The translations under genes were made by a program, and so were the position numbers. A stretch of DNA of 64,000 nucleotides from Spirochaetaceae bacterium (GTDB taxonomy: Bacteria > Spirochaetota > Spirochaetia > DSM-2461), in NCBI GenBank assembly GCA_051531975.1, contig JAOPTT010000006.1, positions 192,656 through 256,655 of the forward strand. The letters run 5' to 3'. Positions within the stretch are counted from its first letter, which is position 1; every line of letters starts with the position of its first letter. The notes beneath the pieces are model-generated. The model saw nothing but the letters and a program-made list of their open reading frames with translations. It was not told where the DNA came from and did not search any database. Below, piece after piece: positions 12,001 through 23,032 of the stretch.

Positions 12001-13869
12001 CCTCTACGCCTGGGACAAGTTTTATTAAACCTAGCTAATAATGCAATTAAATTCACAGATATTGGTGAAATTGTAATTACCGCAGAATTAATTAATCAAG
12101 AAAATGATCAAGCTGAAATTAAATTATCAGTTAGGGATACTGGTATTGGACTTACAGAAGAGCAGGCAGGAAAATTATTTCAAGCATTCTCACAAGCTGA
12201 TACTTCAACAACTAGAAAATATGGTGGTACAGGTTTAGGTCTTTCAATTAGTAAAAAATTAGTTGAATTAATGGGAGGTATAATTGGTGTCGAAAGTAAG
12301 GATGGTGAAGGTTCCACATTCTATTTCTCAGCAAAGTTTGATATTAGAGAAGACATACAACGTGAAAATATACCCATAGAATTTAATGGTATGAATGTTC
12401 TAATCGTAGATGATAATGCAACGAGCCGAGAAGTGTTAAATGCTTATACAAAAGACTTTTCATTAAATCCTACATCTGTGGATAATGGAGCTGAAGCTAT
12501 ACAATTAATCCAAAAATTATTTGATGAAGATAAAAAAGGATTTGATCTAATATTAATGGATTATAGTATGCCAGAATTAAATGGTTTTCAGACAGCAGAT
12601 AAAATCAATGAAATTCTAAAGCCAGAAGTAAGACCTAAGTATATTCTTGTTACAGGATTTGGGCGAGAAGAAGTTCTAACTGGTGTAAGTCACCATAGTT
12701 TTGAAGGTTTCATTTTAAAACCTGTGAATCAATCGTTATTATTTAACTCTATAATGCAAGCTTTTAATCATAAAAGAAAAGAGATAAAAACAAAGAAAAA
12801 ACATAAATTCCCTGATGGATTTAATTTAATTCGTGGTGCTCAGATATTATTGGTTGAAGATAATGACATCAATCAGCAAGTTGCAAGAGAGATACTAGAG
12901 GGTGAAGGTTTTTATGTTGATATAGCTGAAAATGGAGAAATATGTATTCAAATGGTTCAGCAAAAAGAGTACGATATAATTCTTATGGACTTACAAATGC
13001 CTGTTATGGGTGGTGTAGAGGCCACTATTGAGATTCGTAAGTTGGAATTTTTTAACAATCTACCTATAGTCGCAATGACAGCCGATGCAATGACTGGTAT
13101 TAGGGACAATGTCATAACATCTGGGATGAATGATTACATAAGTAAACCTATAGAAACAACTCATTTGTGGAAAGTTTTAGCATCTTGGATTAAACCTAAA
13201 GAGAGAATCTTACCTGAAAATTTTAATGCTGATTTAATTATTGAACTCGATAATAAATTCCCTGAAATTAAAGGTATTAATACTAGTGCAGGATTACATC
13301 GAGTCGCTCAGAACAAAAAATTATACACAAAATTACTTAAACAGTTTATAGAAGATTATACAGATATAGAATCAAAAGTTAACAATCTGCTAGAAAATAA
13401 TAAAATTGATGAAGCTATACGTGAAGCTCATTCAATAAAAGGTGTCTCAGCTAATTTAGGAGCTGAATCTCTACAAAATATTATGGGTGAAATTGAGAAA
13501 AATATAAAAGATGGTACAGAAATTAAAGATCAATTAGCAATTGGTAATACTATTATGACAGAACTAATACAAGCAATTAATGATAGTGGTGTTATATCAT
13601 CAGTTATTGATGATCAAGTTGTTAAAAATACTATATCAAATGAAGAATTGATCTCAAAATTACAAGAAGTAGAGAATTTTTTGATAAAGAGAAAACCCAA
13701 GCCTGCTTTAGAAATTCTAAACCAATTAGAAACTTATATTATTTCTGATAATATAAGTGAAAAAATTGATAATTCTAGAAGCTTTCTCTCTAAATATAAA
13801 ATGAAAGAAGCGGTAATTTCTATAGAGTCTCTAATTAAATCACTTTCTACAACTGTGTTAATATCATGA
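9058..13869 (+). CDS. Hybrid sensor histidine kinase (NMT1/THI5-like + 2 PBPb sensors, HisKA, HATPase, 2 REC, Hpt)
   Basis: QLSWKNQFQFAGFY N-terminus, FLANMSHEIRTPMN H-box, N/G boxes, two ILMD receiver motifs, AHSIKGVSANLGA Hpt. Confidence 0.92.
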   Translation: MKNLLLSIASLFFLLFLFIPSNIGAKEPASLEQVTLQLSWKNQFQFAGFYVATELGFYKDAGLEVDINEVESDMLVTEEVLSGRAHFGMGRSGLVLEKMEGKDVHLLSAILQHSPFILLGKKAENLKSIDDIKNKKIMLLDDEVFMAEVIAMLKTNNLPKGSYIKQEHTFNVNDLISGKTDLIAAYTSNEPYQLLKSGLEPVVFSPRTYGFDFYGDILFTSSELQQNDPELVYRFHKASLKGWEYAFSHINEAVNIILEKYNTQNRTFDSLVFEGNELKKLAYDPGVEFGKIDLGRIKQISLTYHLMGLASKSLPENSSFIADQITEDRVLLSRIEREWLEDHLKIRIAALNDFPPFHYVDSSGAYAGIAVDMLKIISSRIGFNIEPTFGSWPEGLDAVESKELDLLPEIVNTLERREYLNFTEPILTVPHVLAIPKDSNIRTSSELTGKTVVLEKGYYTVQFVKDTYPDVKIIEVDSTIDALVTLSIKDADFYIGNLSLISYLIEQNSLSGIKTIPFNALGPLKLSIGVRKDWKELIPILEKGLASITLKERREISERYVPNAYNVEGELILSDDEKNWLKNNKIFKLDGSTDWAPFEFLNDQGIYSGITSEYCSWLEENLNISLDINTERDKEESLIAIKSGEIDIIPSLMRTPEREEFIDFTEPYLRTPLVVITKLDTPYVESVGNLINKTVGVINDYAATNYIKRDNPQINYINFTSSEEALLAVSEGKVFAIIENSAVLNYLSKTLYIDNLKVAAPTPYFIDLAFGVRKGLPELVSILDKALISIPETDKAVFQERWVNARIMEKINWKPVWQIGSIIAIIVIIIIGTTLNSNRKLSKEIQDRIHLQRELVSAKESAEEATKAKSDFLANMSHEIRTPMNAIIGLSHLIQKTDLNPKQEDYIHKIYGSAYNLLGIINDILDFSKIEAGKLTMETINFDLVEVFDNLGSMIGDKAYHKKLELVFHINSNVPKKLIGDPLRLGQVLLNLANNAIKFTDIGEIVITAELINQENDQAEIKLSVRDTGIGLTEEQAGKLFQAFSQADTSTTRKYGGTGLGLSISKKLVELMGGIIGVESKDGEGSTFYFSAKFDIREDIQRENIPIEFNGMNVLIVDDNATSREVLNAYTKDFSLNPTSVDNGAEAIQLIQKLFDEDKKGFDLILMDYSMPELNGFQTADKINEILKPEVRPKYILVTGFGREEVLTGVSHHSFEGFILKPVNQSLLFNSIMQAFNHKRKEIKTKKKHKFPDGFNLIRGAQILLVEDNDINQQVAREILEGEGFYVDIAENGEICIQMVQQKEYDIILMDLQMPVMGGVEATIEIRKLEFFNNLPIVAMTADAMTGIRDNVITSGMNDYISKPIETTHLWKVLASWIKPKERILPENFNADLIIELDNKFPEIKGINTSAGLHRVAQNKKLYTKLLKQFIEDYTDIESKVNNLLENNKIDEAIREAHSIKGVSANLGAESLQNIMGEIEKNIKDGTEIKDQLAIGNTIMTELIQAINDSGVISSVIDDQVVKNTISNEELISKLQEVENFLIKRKPKPALEILNQLETYIISDNISEKIDNSRSFLSKYKMKEAVISIESLIKSLSTTVLIS

Positions 13870-14100
13870 TATTGTAATTCTCCAAACTTGCTAGTACTAA
13901 TAATTTTTAATATTTCTAATAGTATTTCAACCTGTATTGATGTTTGGTGAGATTGGGTTAACAGGAATGAAGCAGTATTTGAATATTTATTTAGTATTAT
14001 CTCTACATAAATCGGTTAGAAAAAAGTGCTGGTGCTTAGACTTTTTACATTCATTTAAATATTACTTGATGCACTTAAATAAAAAGATATAATTATATAT

Positions 14101-16299
14101 ATGAAAAAAAATATTATTATATTAATCATTCTATTATTAACACAAAATATCTGGGGTGAGAATTTACTCTCAGGGTCATATAAAATAAACTACTCGAATC
14201 TATCTCCAGGTAAATATTTATCAGAAGATACAGGCAGCTGGGACACCTGGGATAATAAAAATTTTACAGGTGATAGAAATAACTTTGATACCATGATTAC
14301 ACTGGCAACTAAGTTTGATAACTTAATAAACTTAAAAGATGAAATTTTAGGATTATCATTACCTGCAATATCATATCCCCTAAGAATTTATCTGAATAAT
14401 CATCTAATTGCTCTATCTGGAGACATTGGAGAAACAGTTATTGCAAATGGTTTCTCTTCAATAAAAGCGGTTATTTCCCCACAGATGTTAAAATTATCAG
14501 ATAATGATTTAAGAATTGAAATATATCCATATGGTTATTTAACAGCTATAGATAGTTTAAAAATATCAACCTATAGAGAAATATCAAAAGAAGCATTCTG
14601 GAGAGACTTTTTTAGTTCATATCTTATTAGAGCTATAAGTGTAGTCTGCTTAATAATGTCTCTATATTTTGTCTTTCTTTTTTTTACAAGTGAAACAAGT
14701 GACAGAAGTTTTATACTTTTTTCATTGTTATCTATGTCTGTTGCTATTGCTTATCTGGAAATCAGTCTTTCTTATGATTTTACAAATGAACTCCCAATAA
14801 TGAAGGCGAGTAAAATAGGATTTTTATTAGCAAATACATCGCTTCTAAATTTTGTCCTTGAATATACAAAAACTAAAAAGTTTAAAAAGAGTTTACAAAT
14901 AATATCAGTTGTTCCAGCATTTATTTTAACAATATTAATATTGGGTCAAAGCTCCAGATATGGTGTTGATATTATATTATCGGTAATGACTAACTATTAT
15001 TTTCCTTTTATAGTTTTTGTTACTCTTTATATTACTGTCTACTCTTTTATTAAAATAAGAAATAGCGAGACATTTATACTGTTATTGGCATTTTTAATTT
15101 TCTTTGGATTTATTTTACACGACCTTATATATGTTAGTTCAAATATTATTCCCTACGCATATTTAGTTCCATATGGATTTCTTTTTTACATACTTGCTAT
15201 GTTTATCATACTCTCTAATCAACAAAATACAATTGCTAGAAAGAGTCGTTTACAGGCAGAATCAATTGTAGATATAAACAAAAGTCAGCAGGAGATGATT
15301 CAAGGGATCAAAACCGTTGCATCAAGTATTCAAGATTCTGGTGTTATGTTAAAAGATAAAATTGACCTATCCAGTGAGATCATAATTGAAAATAGTGCTG
15401 CTAATAAAAAAGTATCTGAAGAGATTAAAGCTCAGGTTACAAATATTGAGGATACAATTCCAAAGATAAAAATAGATCTATCCAAATCTATCAATGAAAT
15501 TCTAGAAGCTGTAACAAACCAGACTCTTTTTGCTAATCAGATTGAAACTACGCTGTCCAGTGTTACTAATAAAATGATGGACAACCAACATAATATTGAT
15601 GATACCCATTCAAAATCAAAATATTTAAGTGAAATTGCACAAAATAATAGAGCTACAATAACAAACTCTACAAAGGCTGTAAAAACAATTCAGGGGCATG
15701 CACAGGTTATTAACGATGTTCTTACAGGAATTATGGATATATCGGAGAGAACAGACCTTCTTGCGGTTAATGCTGCAATAGAGTCTGCCCACGCTGGAGA
15801 AGCTGGTAAAGGATTCGCTGTAGTTGCAAACGAGGTCAGGACGCTCTCATCCCAAACAAGGGCACAAGTTAAAGAAAGCAGTTTAAAGCTAGAAGCTATG
15901 GAACTTGCTATTTCAGAAACTTCAAGATTATCTGTTGAAGTAGAAAAAGGACTTTTTACAATTATTGATGAGGCAGTAAATAGTTCAGAACTCATGGATA
16001 AAACTAGGGAGAATATCGAAGGACAGTATTCAGAAACAACACTACTACTAGAATCTATAAAAACACTAATAAAAGATAGTTCAACGATTAAAGAGCTTTC
16101 TGAATCGAATAAAAATATTAACGATGATGTTCAACATAGTCTCGAAAATTTTAAATCAATGCTGGAGTCTACCTTTATACTAATTGACAATCAGGAAAAT
16201 CAGATTACAAAGTTAAAAGACAATATTCTATCAATTGAGGAATTATTTAAAACTAATGTTAAACATAGTGAAGATCTAACCTCCCTATTAAAACTTTAG
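14101..16299 (+). CDS. Methyl-accepting chemotaxis protein with 7TM-DISM-like sensor region
   Basis: Signal peptide, extracellular domain, about 7 TMs, MA hairpin [34 protein letters not shown]. Confidence 0.85.
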   Translation: MKKNIIILIILLLTQNIWGENLLSGSYKINYSNLSPGKYLSEDTGSWDTWDNKNFTGDRNNFDTMITLATKFDNLINLKDEILGLSLPAISYPLRIYLNNHLIALSGDIGETVIANGFSSIKAVISPQMLKLSDNDLRIEIYPYGYLTAIDSLKISTYREISKEAFWRDFFSSYLIRAISVVCLIMSLYFVFLFFTSETSDRSFILFSLLSMSVAIAYLEISLSYDFTNELPIMKASKIGFLLANTSLLNFVLEYTKTKKFKKSLQIISVVPAFILTILILGQSSRYGVDIILSVMTNYYFPFIVFVTLYITVYSFIKIRNSETFILLLAFLIFFGFILHDLIYVSSNIIPYAYLVPYGFLFYILAMFIILSNQQNTIARKSRLQAESIVDINKSQQEMIQGIKTVASSIQDSGVMLKDKIDLSSEIIIENSAANKKVSEEIKAQVTNIEDTIPKIKIDLSKSINEILEAVTNQTLFANQIETTLSSVTNKMMDNQHNIDDTHSKSKYLSEIAQNNRATITNSTKAVKTIQGHAQVINDVLTGIMDISERTDLLAVNAAIESAHAGEAGKGFAVVANEVRTLSSQTRAQVKESSLKLEAMELAISETSRLSVEVEKGLFTIIDEAVNSSELMDKTRENIEGQYSETTLLLESIKTLIKDSSTIKELSESNKNINDDVQHSLENFKSMLESTFILIDNQENQITKLKDNILSIEELFKTNVKHSEDLTSLLKL

Positions 16300-16456
16300 A
16301 ATATATTTATATACGTTAAATATTACAAATGTTTGTTTGGATTCATCTGTATTTACAGGATTTTCTTTCCCCAATTAATATCAAATTAATTGATTATGAT
16401 TATACTATAAAATGCATTTAACAAAAAATTATTGTTCTGGAGTTTAATAATTATAC

Positions 16457-16642
16457 ATGTCTAATATTCATAAGATCAATTTAAAACAGCTCATGTTGGT
16501 AAATGAATGGTCTACGGAATTCTTAGCAGAAAAGCTTAATCTAGAGGTTGAAACAATTGAACACTGGGAATCAGGTCATTTAACACCTAGCAGGCGAGAA
16601 ATAATTGATATTCATAGATTGCTTGACAATGATGTGGAGTAA
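16457..16642 (+). CDS. Small XRE-family helix-turn-helix protein
   Basis: WSTEFLAEKLNLEVETIEHWESGHLTP fits the XRE HTH pattern. Confidence 0.7.
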   Translation: MSNIHKINLKQLMLVNEWSTEFLAEKLNLEVETIEHWESGHLTPSRREIIDIHRLLDNDVE

Positions 16643-16866
16643 GATATATGACTTTGAAGGCTGGGACTGACTAAATATTACAGACAATTTGTTATCTCTT
16701 TAATATTATTAAAAGAATTGGACATCCCACATTAAATAGAGTTATTTAATGCTGTTAATGAGATTATAAATTTAAAAAAACTGTTAATACTGAATACATT
16801 TCTTTTGTTTAATAAAGGGTTTACCTTACGTATATTTTACATTTACTATATAGGCAGGAGTAGTAT

Positions 16867-18585
16867 ATGAAACCGATAAAAGAGATGATAAAACAAGAGT
16901 GGTTAAGACAGGAGATTATTGGAAGAAACGAGTTCTTTAAATCTCCAGTTGGAAAAAGACCCTTGGTTTATGCTGATTATACAGCAAGTGGTAGAGGTCT
17001 ATATTTTATTGAGAACTATATCCAAAATTTACTACGATTCTATGCAAACTCCCATACAGATGATGATTTTACAGGTAAAACAATGACAAATCTGTTACAT
17101 GAAGCTGAACATAATATAAAAGAAATTGTTAATGCAGGGGACAGTGGTAAAATCATTTTTGCTGGTACAGGTGCCACAGGTGCAATAACCAGACTCCAAC
17201 AGATATTAGGAGTGTTCTGGTCTCCAGCACTTAAAGAAAGATTGGATATAATGATAGATTCATGTTCTGCTGTGTCTGAAGTATCAAGTCCATGTAATAC
17301 TTCCTTACGAGAAAGAATGGATAGTATGAAACCTATAGTTTTTGTTGGTCCATACGAACACCACTCTAATGAGATTATGTGGAGACAGAGTCTTTGTGAA
17401 GTTGTGGAAGTACCTCTGAATTCTTTAGGAGAACTAGATCTTATAATTTTAGAACAGATGGTTTCTGATGAAAAATATAACAAAAGAGAGAAGATTGGAT
17501 CATTTTCAGCTGCATCTAATGTATCAGGGATTATTACTTCAATTTATGATGTTGCTAAAATTATGCACAAACATAACGGTTTAGCATGTTTTGATTTTGC
17601 AGCATGTGCTCCATATGTAGAAATAGATATGAATAAATGTGAAGAATCATACTTTGATGCAATTTATGTCTCACCTCATAAATTTCTAGGGGGGCCTGGA
17701 ACATCTGGTCTGCTAATTTTTAATGAAAAAATATATAATACTGCTCTTGATCCATCTATTGCAGCTGGTGGAACAGTTGATTTTGTAACCTATGACACTC
17801 AGAAATTTACAGATGATATTGAAACAAGAGAAAAACCAGGAACACCAGGGATTCTACAAGCGATTAAGACATCTTTAGTATTTCAACTAAAAGATAGAAT
17901 TGGTATAGAAACAATTGATAAAATAGAAAAGTTTCTTTTTACTGAGTTTATAAATAGGTTTAAAGATAATAAACAGATCAAATTATATGGGTCAATCGAC
18001 CCAGAAAAAAAGGTAAATATAATAGCATTTAATGTAAAACATGGGGATAGATTAATTCATCCTAGACTCTTTACTAGAATAATGAATGATTTTTTTGGTA
18101 TTCAAACCAGAGCAGGTTGTTCATGTGCAGGACCTTATGGCCACCATTTACTGAGTATCGATAGAGAATTATCTTCAAGTTTTGTCTGCCTTTTAGAGAG
18201 CCGTGAATTAGCAGGGCTAAAGCCAGGTTGGGTCAGATTAAATCTTCACTTCTCATTTTCTGATAGCGAGTATGAATATATATGTAATACCTTGGAATAT
18301 TTAATAGAGAAAGCACATCTTTTTATACCTCTATATAAGTTTGATATAAAAACAGGAGAGTGGAAATACAAAGATGGACAGGAAGATAATTTTACATTAG
18401 ATCTTGATGAAGTCTTAGATTCTGGTCCTCTATGGAAAAGATCATCACCTTCTCTTGATCTGTTATTAGAAGAGAATATTAAAGAAGCTGATAAAATACT
18501 TTCTAAAGTTGATCCAAACCCTAAATATAAAATATATGATCCTGAAATAGAAAATGTTATATTCTTTAATACAATGGATGACTAA
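16867..18585 (+). CDS. Class V PLP-dependent aminotransferase (cysteine desulfurase-like)
   Basis: YADYTASG, PYEHHSN, SPHKFLGGPG (PLP lysine) and RAGCSCAGPY motifs. Confidence 0.88.
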   Translation: MKPIKEMIKQEWLRQEIIGRNEFFKSPVGKRPLVYADYTASGRGLYFIENYIQNLLRFYANSHTDDDFTGKTMTNLLHEAEHNIKEIVNAGDSGKIIFAGTGATGAITRLQQILGVFWSPALKERLDIMIDSCSAVSEVSSPCNTSLRERMDSMKPIVFVGPYEHHSNEIMWRQSLCEVVEVPLNSLGELDLIILEQMVSDEKYNKREKIGSFSAASNVSGIITSIYDVAKIMHKHNGLACFDFAACAPYVEIDMNKCEESYFDAIYVSPHKFLGGPGTSGLLIFNEKIYNTALDPSIAAGGTVDFVTYDTQKFTDDIETREKPGTPGILQAIKTSLVFQLKDRIGIETIDKIEKFLFTEFINRFKDNKQIKLYGSIDPEKKVNIIAFNVKHGDRLIHPRLFTRIMNDFFGIQTRAGCSCAGPYGHHLLSIDRELSSSFVCLLESRELAGLKPGWVRLNLHFSFSDSEYEYICNTLEYLIEKAHLFIPLYKFDIKTGEWKYKDGQEDNFTLDLDEVLDSGPLWKRSSPSLDLLLEENIKEADKILSKVDPNPKYKIYDPEIENVIFFNTMDD

Positions 18586-18666
18586 ATAGATTGTAGTTTA
18601 CAAACAAATTATTAAGTATTTTGTTGTAAAATAATTAAAAAATACAGAACTATAAGGGGCAATGTT

Positions 18667-19911
18667 TTGATTAAAATAATTTTATTTATATTTTGCTTAG
18701 TACTTTCTAGCAACTTTATTCATGCTTATGATGATTTTTTTTATACAAGTTACGATGATAAGGTTATTAATATATTTAAACTCAAAGAAGATAAAAATGA
18801 TTCTTCCCAATTTACAGATAAATTGTATAAAGCTATAAAAAGTGATAATGAATATGAGGTTTATAAACTTATACAAAGAGGTGGGGATCCTAACTATGAA
18901 ATAGAATATAGTAACTATAGAGGGTTATATATTTATAAATTGCCAATCTTACTTTATGCTGTAGAGAAAAAAGATTATAAATTAGCACAGTTATTATTAG
19001 ACAAAGGTGCTGATCCGATGACTTCCTATAAATACGAATATGAAGATAGTAACCTTACAGTTTTTTCAAGAGTATTAGAAATGGATAATGTAAGATTTAT
19101 ATCGATGTTTTATACTAAAAATATATGGAAAAATCAACTTGATCTATTTTCTAAAATACAAAGTACAATTACACTTCAGGTATTTATAAATGATGGATTA
19201 AAGATCATTAATAGTGACAATGAGAATAAAAAAAGTAATACATTAAACTACATTTCAGAAAGTAAAAAAAGTCATAATTTAATATCTCACTTTATCAAAA
19301 ATACTGATTTATCAAAAGTTCATATAAATAATTTACTAATTAAGGGTATTACTTCTGATCTATTAGTTTATGCAATTAAAAATGGTATTAAGTATGAAAT
19401 AGATTCTGAAACATATTTTTATTTTGGTGGCAAATGGAGAAAAGAAACTATATCTCCATTTAAACTTGCAGTGAGGTTAGGAAAACTTGAAGTATTGTTA
19501 GAAGCAGAATTAAAGTCAAAAGTGATGTTTAAAAAGGAATATGCTACTAATAATTCTTTATTACACACAGCTTTATTAGATAAAGATTATCAAGATGCAA
19601 AAAATCTTATTATATCAGGAATAGACTTAACAATTAGAAATTCTTATGGAGATACTATTTTTGATTATATCTTCTCAGAAATAGTTCCAGATAATATTAA
19701 AATAGATCTGTTTAAAGCGATGTCTATTTATGATATTTTACTTTATGAGTTACAAAACGAAACCATTGATGGTTTTTCTAGCTTAATAAATAAAATATAT
19801 TCTGAAGATACAATTATATCGGCTTATGAGCAGATTCAAAATAATGAAAAGTTACCATTAAAAACAAGAGATAATGCATCTTTCAATATTGAAATGTATG
19901 CCCTATGGTAA
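18667..19911 (+). CDS. Exported ankyrin-repeat protein
   Basis: Signal peptide; ankyrin-like motifs LLYAVEKKDYKLAQLLLDKGAD and LLHTALL...LIISGIDLTIRNSYGDT. Confidence 0.7.
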   Translation: MIKIILFIFCLVLSSNFIHAYDDFFYTSYDDKVINIFKLKEDKNDSSQFTDKLYKAIKSDNEYEVYKLIQRGGDPNYEIEYSNYRGLYIYKLPILLYAVEKKDYKLAQLLLDKGADPMTSYKYEYEDSNLTVFSRVLEMDNVRFISMFYTKNIWKNQLDLFSKIQSTITLQVFINDGLKIINSDNENKKSNTLNYISESKKSHNLISHFIKNTDLSKVHINNLLIKGITSDLLVYAIKNGIKYEIDSETYFYFGGKWRKETISPFKLAVRLGKLEVLLEAELKSKVMFKKEYATNNSLLHTALLDKDYQDAKNLIISGIDLTIRNSYGDTIFDYIFSEIVPDNIKIDLFKAMSIYDILLYELQNETIDGFSSLINKIYSEDTIISAYEQIQNNEKLPLKTRDNASFNIEMYALW

Positions 19912-20006
19912 TCTTTATTATCTATATTTATAAATAATTCTTCATTTTATAATCTCCTACAAAATAGTTATTGAACATAATAATACTACACTATGCAATT
20001 CCTCCA

Positions 20007-20055
20007 TTGACAAAAATAGTATTACGATGCAATATTGTGTATATACAGTATACAC
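20007..20055 (+). promoter_or_regulatory. sigma70-type promoter with putative YtrA/GntR operator
   Basis: TTGACA at 20007-20012. Inverted repeat GTGTATA-tacag-TATACAC at 20037-20055, directly upstream of an ABC/GntR(YtrA) operon. Confidence 0.6.
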
Positions 20056-20078
20056 GGTTTATTACTGTTGGAGGAACT

Positions 20079-20921
20079 ATGATACTAAAAGTTGAAAATT
20101 TAAATAAATCATTTCCTAAGTTTGAACTTAAGGATGTCTCTTTTTCATTAGATAAAGGCTATATTATGGGTTTCATTGGAGCTAATGGTGCAGGTAAAAC
20201 AACTACAATCAAATCAATCATTAATTTAATGCATCCAGAAAGTGGAAATATAGAGATACTAGGGTCGAACTTTAAAGAAAATGAATATGAAATAAAACAG
20301 AAGTTAGCATTTGTTGTTGGAGACTCTGACTATTACCCAAATAAAAAATTAAAAAACATAACTGAAGTAGTAAAGAGATTTTATATAAATTGGGATGATG
20401 ATAAGTACAATAAATATATGAAAAAATTCTCATTAGATGATGATAAAAAAATTAGAGAGTTATCAAGTGGGATGAAAGTAAAGTTTCAAATTACACTTGC
20501 ACTCTCTTATGGTGCAATTCTATTTATTTTTGACGAACCAACATCTGGTTTAGATCCTGTAGCAAGGGATAATCTCTTAGAACTTTTCCAGGAAATTGTT
20601 GAAGATGGAGATAAAAGTATTCTTTTTTCTACTCACATTACTTCTGATCTAGAAAAGTGTGCCGACTTTATTACTTTTATACAAAATGGAAGCATTATTA
20701 AAACCCAGGAAAAAGATGATTTTATTAATTCCTACAGAGTTATTAATGGTACTGAAGATCAACTAGAAAGTATTAAACCTAATCTTATTTCGTATAAAAA
20801 AGACTCTTTTGGTTTTAGAGCTTTAATAAAATATCCGGAATTTGAAAATCTAGATGACTACCAGAATGTCAGACCATCCTTAGACGAGATTATGATATTT
20901 CACTCAAAAATGGAGATATAA
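20079..20921 (+). CDS. ABC transporter ATP-binding protein (YtrB-like)
   Basis: Walker A GANGAGKTT, LSSGM signature, IFDEPT. ATG 20079 follows GGAGG; the ORF track start at 19971 is over-extended. Confidence 0.92.
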   Translation: MILKVENLNKSFPKFELKDVSFSLDKGYIMGFIGANGAGKTTTIKSIINLMHPESGNIEILGSNFKENEYEIKQKLAFVVGDSDYYPNKKLKNITEVVKRFYINWDDDKYNKYMKKFSLDDDKKIRELSSGMKVKFQITLALSYGAILFIFDEPTSGLDPVARDNLLELFQEIVEDGDKSILFSTHITSDLEKCADFITFIQNGSIIKTQEKDDFINSYRVINGTEDQLESIKPNLISYKKDSFGFRALIKYPEFENLDDYQNVRPSLDEIMIFHSKMEI

Positions 20922-20923
20922 TT

Positions 20924-21568
20924 ATGAATAACTTATTATATAAAGAATTTAAACTTTCAATACATAAAGCAATATATATGCTAATACCACTGCTTAGTAT
21001 CTTGCTTCTAATTCCTAACTGGCCATATTTTATAGCTTTAATGTACTTTTTCTTTATATCGATACCAAATATTTTTGGAGCCTATAATGCACAAAAAGAT
21101 ATGCAATTTTCAGTATTTATGCCAGTTAAGAAAAGTGACGTGGTAAAATCTAAAATAATTGCAATATCTATAATTGAGTTAATTCATCTGTTAAGCGCAG
21201 TATTATTTGGAATGATACACTATTTAATATTTGGTAATTATAATTTCTTTCTAGATATTGGTTTCTCATATTTTGGATTATCTTTCATTATGTATGGAGT
21301 ATTTAATCTGATATTTTTCCCTCTATATTTTAAAACTGCATATAAATATGGAATACCTCTAATAATTGGAGTTATTGTAACTTTAATTTATGCAACTATA
21401 ATTGAGTTTTCTGTTATTTTAAATCCTACTATAGCCTACCATCTTGAGAATAAAGATAAGATATTTTTTCAATTACTAATTCTAATTTTTGGTATACTAT
21501 TTTTTGTAGTAATAAATATGGTTACACATAATCTTTCTAAGAAGAGGTTTGAACTAGTAGAGCTATGA
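20924..21568 (+). CDS. ABC-2 transporter permease
   Basis: MNNLLYKEFKL start, 6 TMs, MPVKKSDVVKSK motif; 2-nt gap after the ATPase gene. Confidence 0.85.
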   Translation: MNNLLYKEFKLSIHKAIYMLIPLLSILLLIPNWPYFIALMYFFFISIPNIFGAYNAQKDMQFSVFMPVKKSDVVKSKIIAISIIELIHLLSAVLFGMIHYLIFGNYNFFLDIGFSYFGLSFIMYGVFNLIFFPLYFKTAYKYGIPLIIGVIVTLIYATIIEFSVILNPTIAYHLENKDKIFFQLLILIFGILFFVVINMVTHNLSKKRFELVEL

Positions 21569-21936
21569 ATATAAAATTTTCAAATGATTCAAACAAACCT
21601 ATCTATAAGCAGTTATTTGAACGTATAACTTTTCAAATAATAAATGGGCAATTAGATGGAGAAACAATACTACCTCCTATAAGAACAGCAGCTAAAGAGT
21701 TGGGAGTGAGTATAATTACAGTCAAAAAAGCTTGGGAAGAGCTAGAGAGAGAAGGTTTTATCTATACTATTGTTGGTAAGGGGTGTTTTGTTTCACCTTA
21801 TACAGATAAACAGTTATTTGATACAAAAAAACAACTAATAAAAAATCAATTAACAAAGGATCTTGTTTATTATAAAGAGTTAGGAACCTCTATGAAAGAT
21901 TTAATCTCAATTATAAAAGAGGAATATAATGAATAA
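21565..21936 (+). CDS. GntR-family regulator, YtrA subfamily
   Basis: PIYKQL...LPPIRTAAKELGVSIITVKKAWEELEREG...GKGCFV, with a short C-terminus. Confidence 0.92.
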   Translation: MNIKFSNDSNKPIYKQLFERITFQIINGQLDGETILPPIRTAAKELGVSIITVKKAWEELEREGFIYTIVGKGCFVSPYTDKQLFDTKKQLIKNQLTKDLVYYKELGTSMKDLISIIKEEYNE

Positions 21937-22045
21937 CAAAGTTAAATAATATAATTTTATATAATACTTAGAAGATATAGCTTATTTTGATACTTTACCT
22001 GATTTCGTAAATTTATATCGTTGTAAATTAAAAATTATACCAAAA

Positions 22046-22957
22046 TTAGATCTCTTTAGTTTTAATTATTCTATATAGAGTATCGTTAACAGGGACATCT
22101 AATCCATGTTTATTTGCTATTTTTATTAGGTCTCCTGCAAAAGATTCTACCTCTGTTTTTCTGCAAGCTTCTATGTCTTGGAGCATGGAAGTCTTCCCAG
22201 TAGGTCCTAATGTTTTAAGCACTTCGTACCATTTATCTATGTCTTTTTCATCGAGAGATATGTTTTCTTTTTGAGCAACTTTTATAGTTTCCATCATAGC
22301 ATTTTCCATTAGTTTTTGCAGAGTAGGGTCACTTTGGAACACTCCATAATTTGCTCCTGTAATTGCTGAAACCTGATTTACTCCAATATTTATCATCCAT
22401 TTATACCAGATGTCTCTATGTATATCTTTGGATAGGATATATTCAAGATTACAACTTTTGAGGAAGTTTACTACCGAATCCAACTCTGGAGTTTTTGTAT
22501 TATTTTTACTTCCTAATAGAAATTTACCTTTTCTTGTAAAATGTAAATCATCTCCCTCTTTTACTGCATCCATACCAAGAACTGCTGAATATAAAACAGT
22601 AGTTTCAGGAAGAAGTGACTCAAGATAAGTCTCACTTGTTATTCCGTTTAATACAGAGATAATAGTTGTTTCTGAGTTTGATACTGCTTCTAGTAGAGGT
22701 CGGATATTATCTAAGTGGTAGTTTTTTACACAGACTAGAATAAGATCGGCTTTTTCTGTTATATCGTCTATGGATTTGACTGGAAACTGTTTTATTTTAT
22801 TATTTATTTTAAATGTTCTGTTTTTTAGTTGTTCATATCTTTTATTATCAACAAGAAAGTAGGCATTTACAGTTGGATTAGAAATAATTGAATCCATAAA
22901 CATCAGGCCTAAAGCACCGGCTCCAATAATTGCGACAGATTTAATAGGTTTCATCAT
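22046..22957 (-). CDS. panE: 2-dehydropantoate 2-reductase (ApbA/PanE family)
   Basis: IIGAGALG, VKNY, LNGI, WYKWMIN and TSMLQDIEACRKTE motifs. Confidence 0.85.
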   Translation of the reverse strand: MMKPIKSVAIIGAGALGLMFMDSIISNPTVNAYFLVDNKRYEQLKNRTFKINNKIKQFPVKSIDDITEKADLILVCVKNYHLDNIRPLLEAVSNSETTIISVLNGITSETYLESLLPETTVLYSAVLGMDAVKEGDDLHFTRKGKFLLGSKNNTKTPELDSVVNFLKSCNLEYILSKDIHRDIWYKWMINIGVNQVSAITGANYGVFQSDPTLQKLMENAMMETIKVAQKENISLDEKDIDKWYEVLKTLGPTGKTSMLQDIEACRKTEVESFAGDLIKIANKHGLDVPVNDTLYRIIKTKEI

Positions 22958-23032
22958 ATTTCTCCTGATATTCTTTGAATTATATTATAAGTATCAGACT
23001 CCTAAAACTAGAAGCCTGATACAATTTTTATA

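Noticed and set aside
13840..14015. Open minus-strand frame (...LKIISTSKFGELQYHDINTVVESDL) faintly resembling a His-kinase linker
   Set aside because: No start or RBS, and the similarity is too weak to call a pseudogene by eye.
16643..16800. Possible toxin partner downstream of the XRE HTH gene
   Set aside because: All frames are interrupted within a few codons and no toxin motif is visible.
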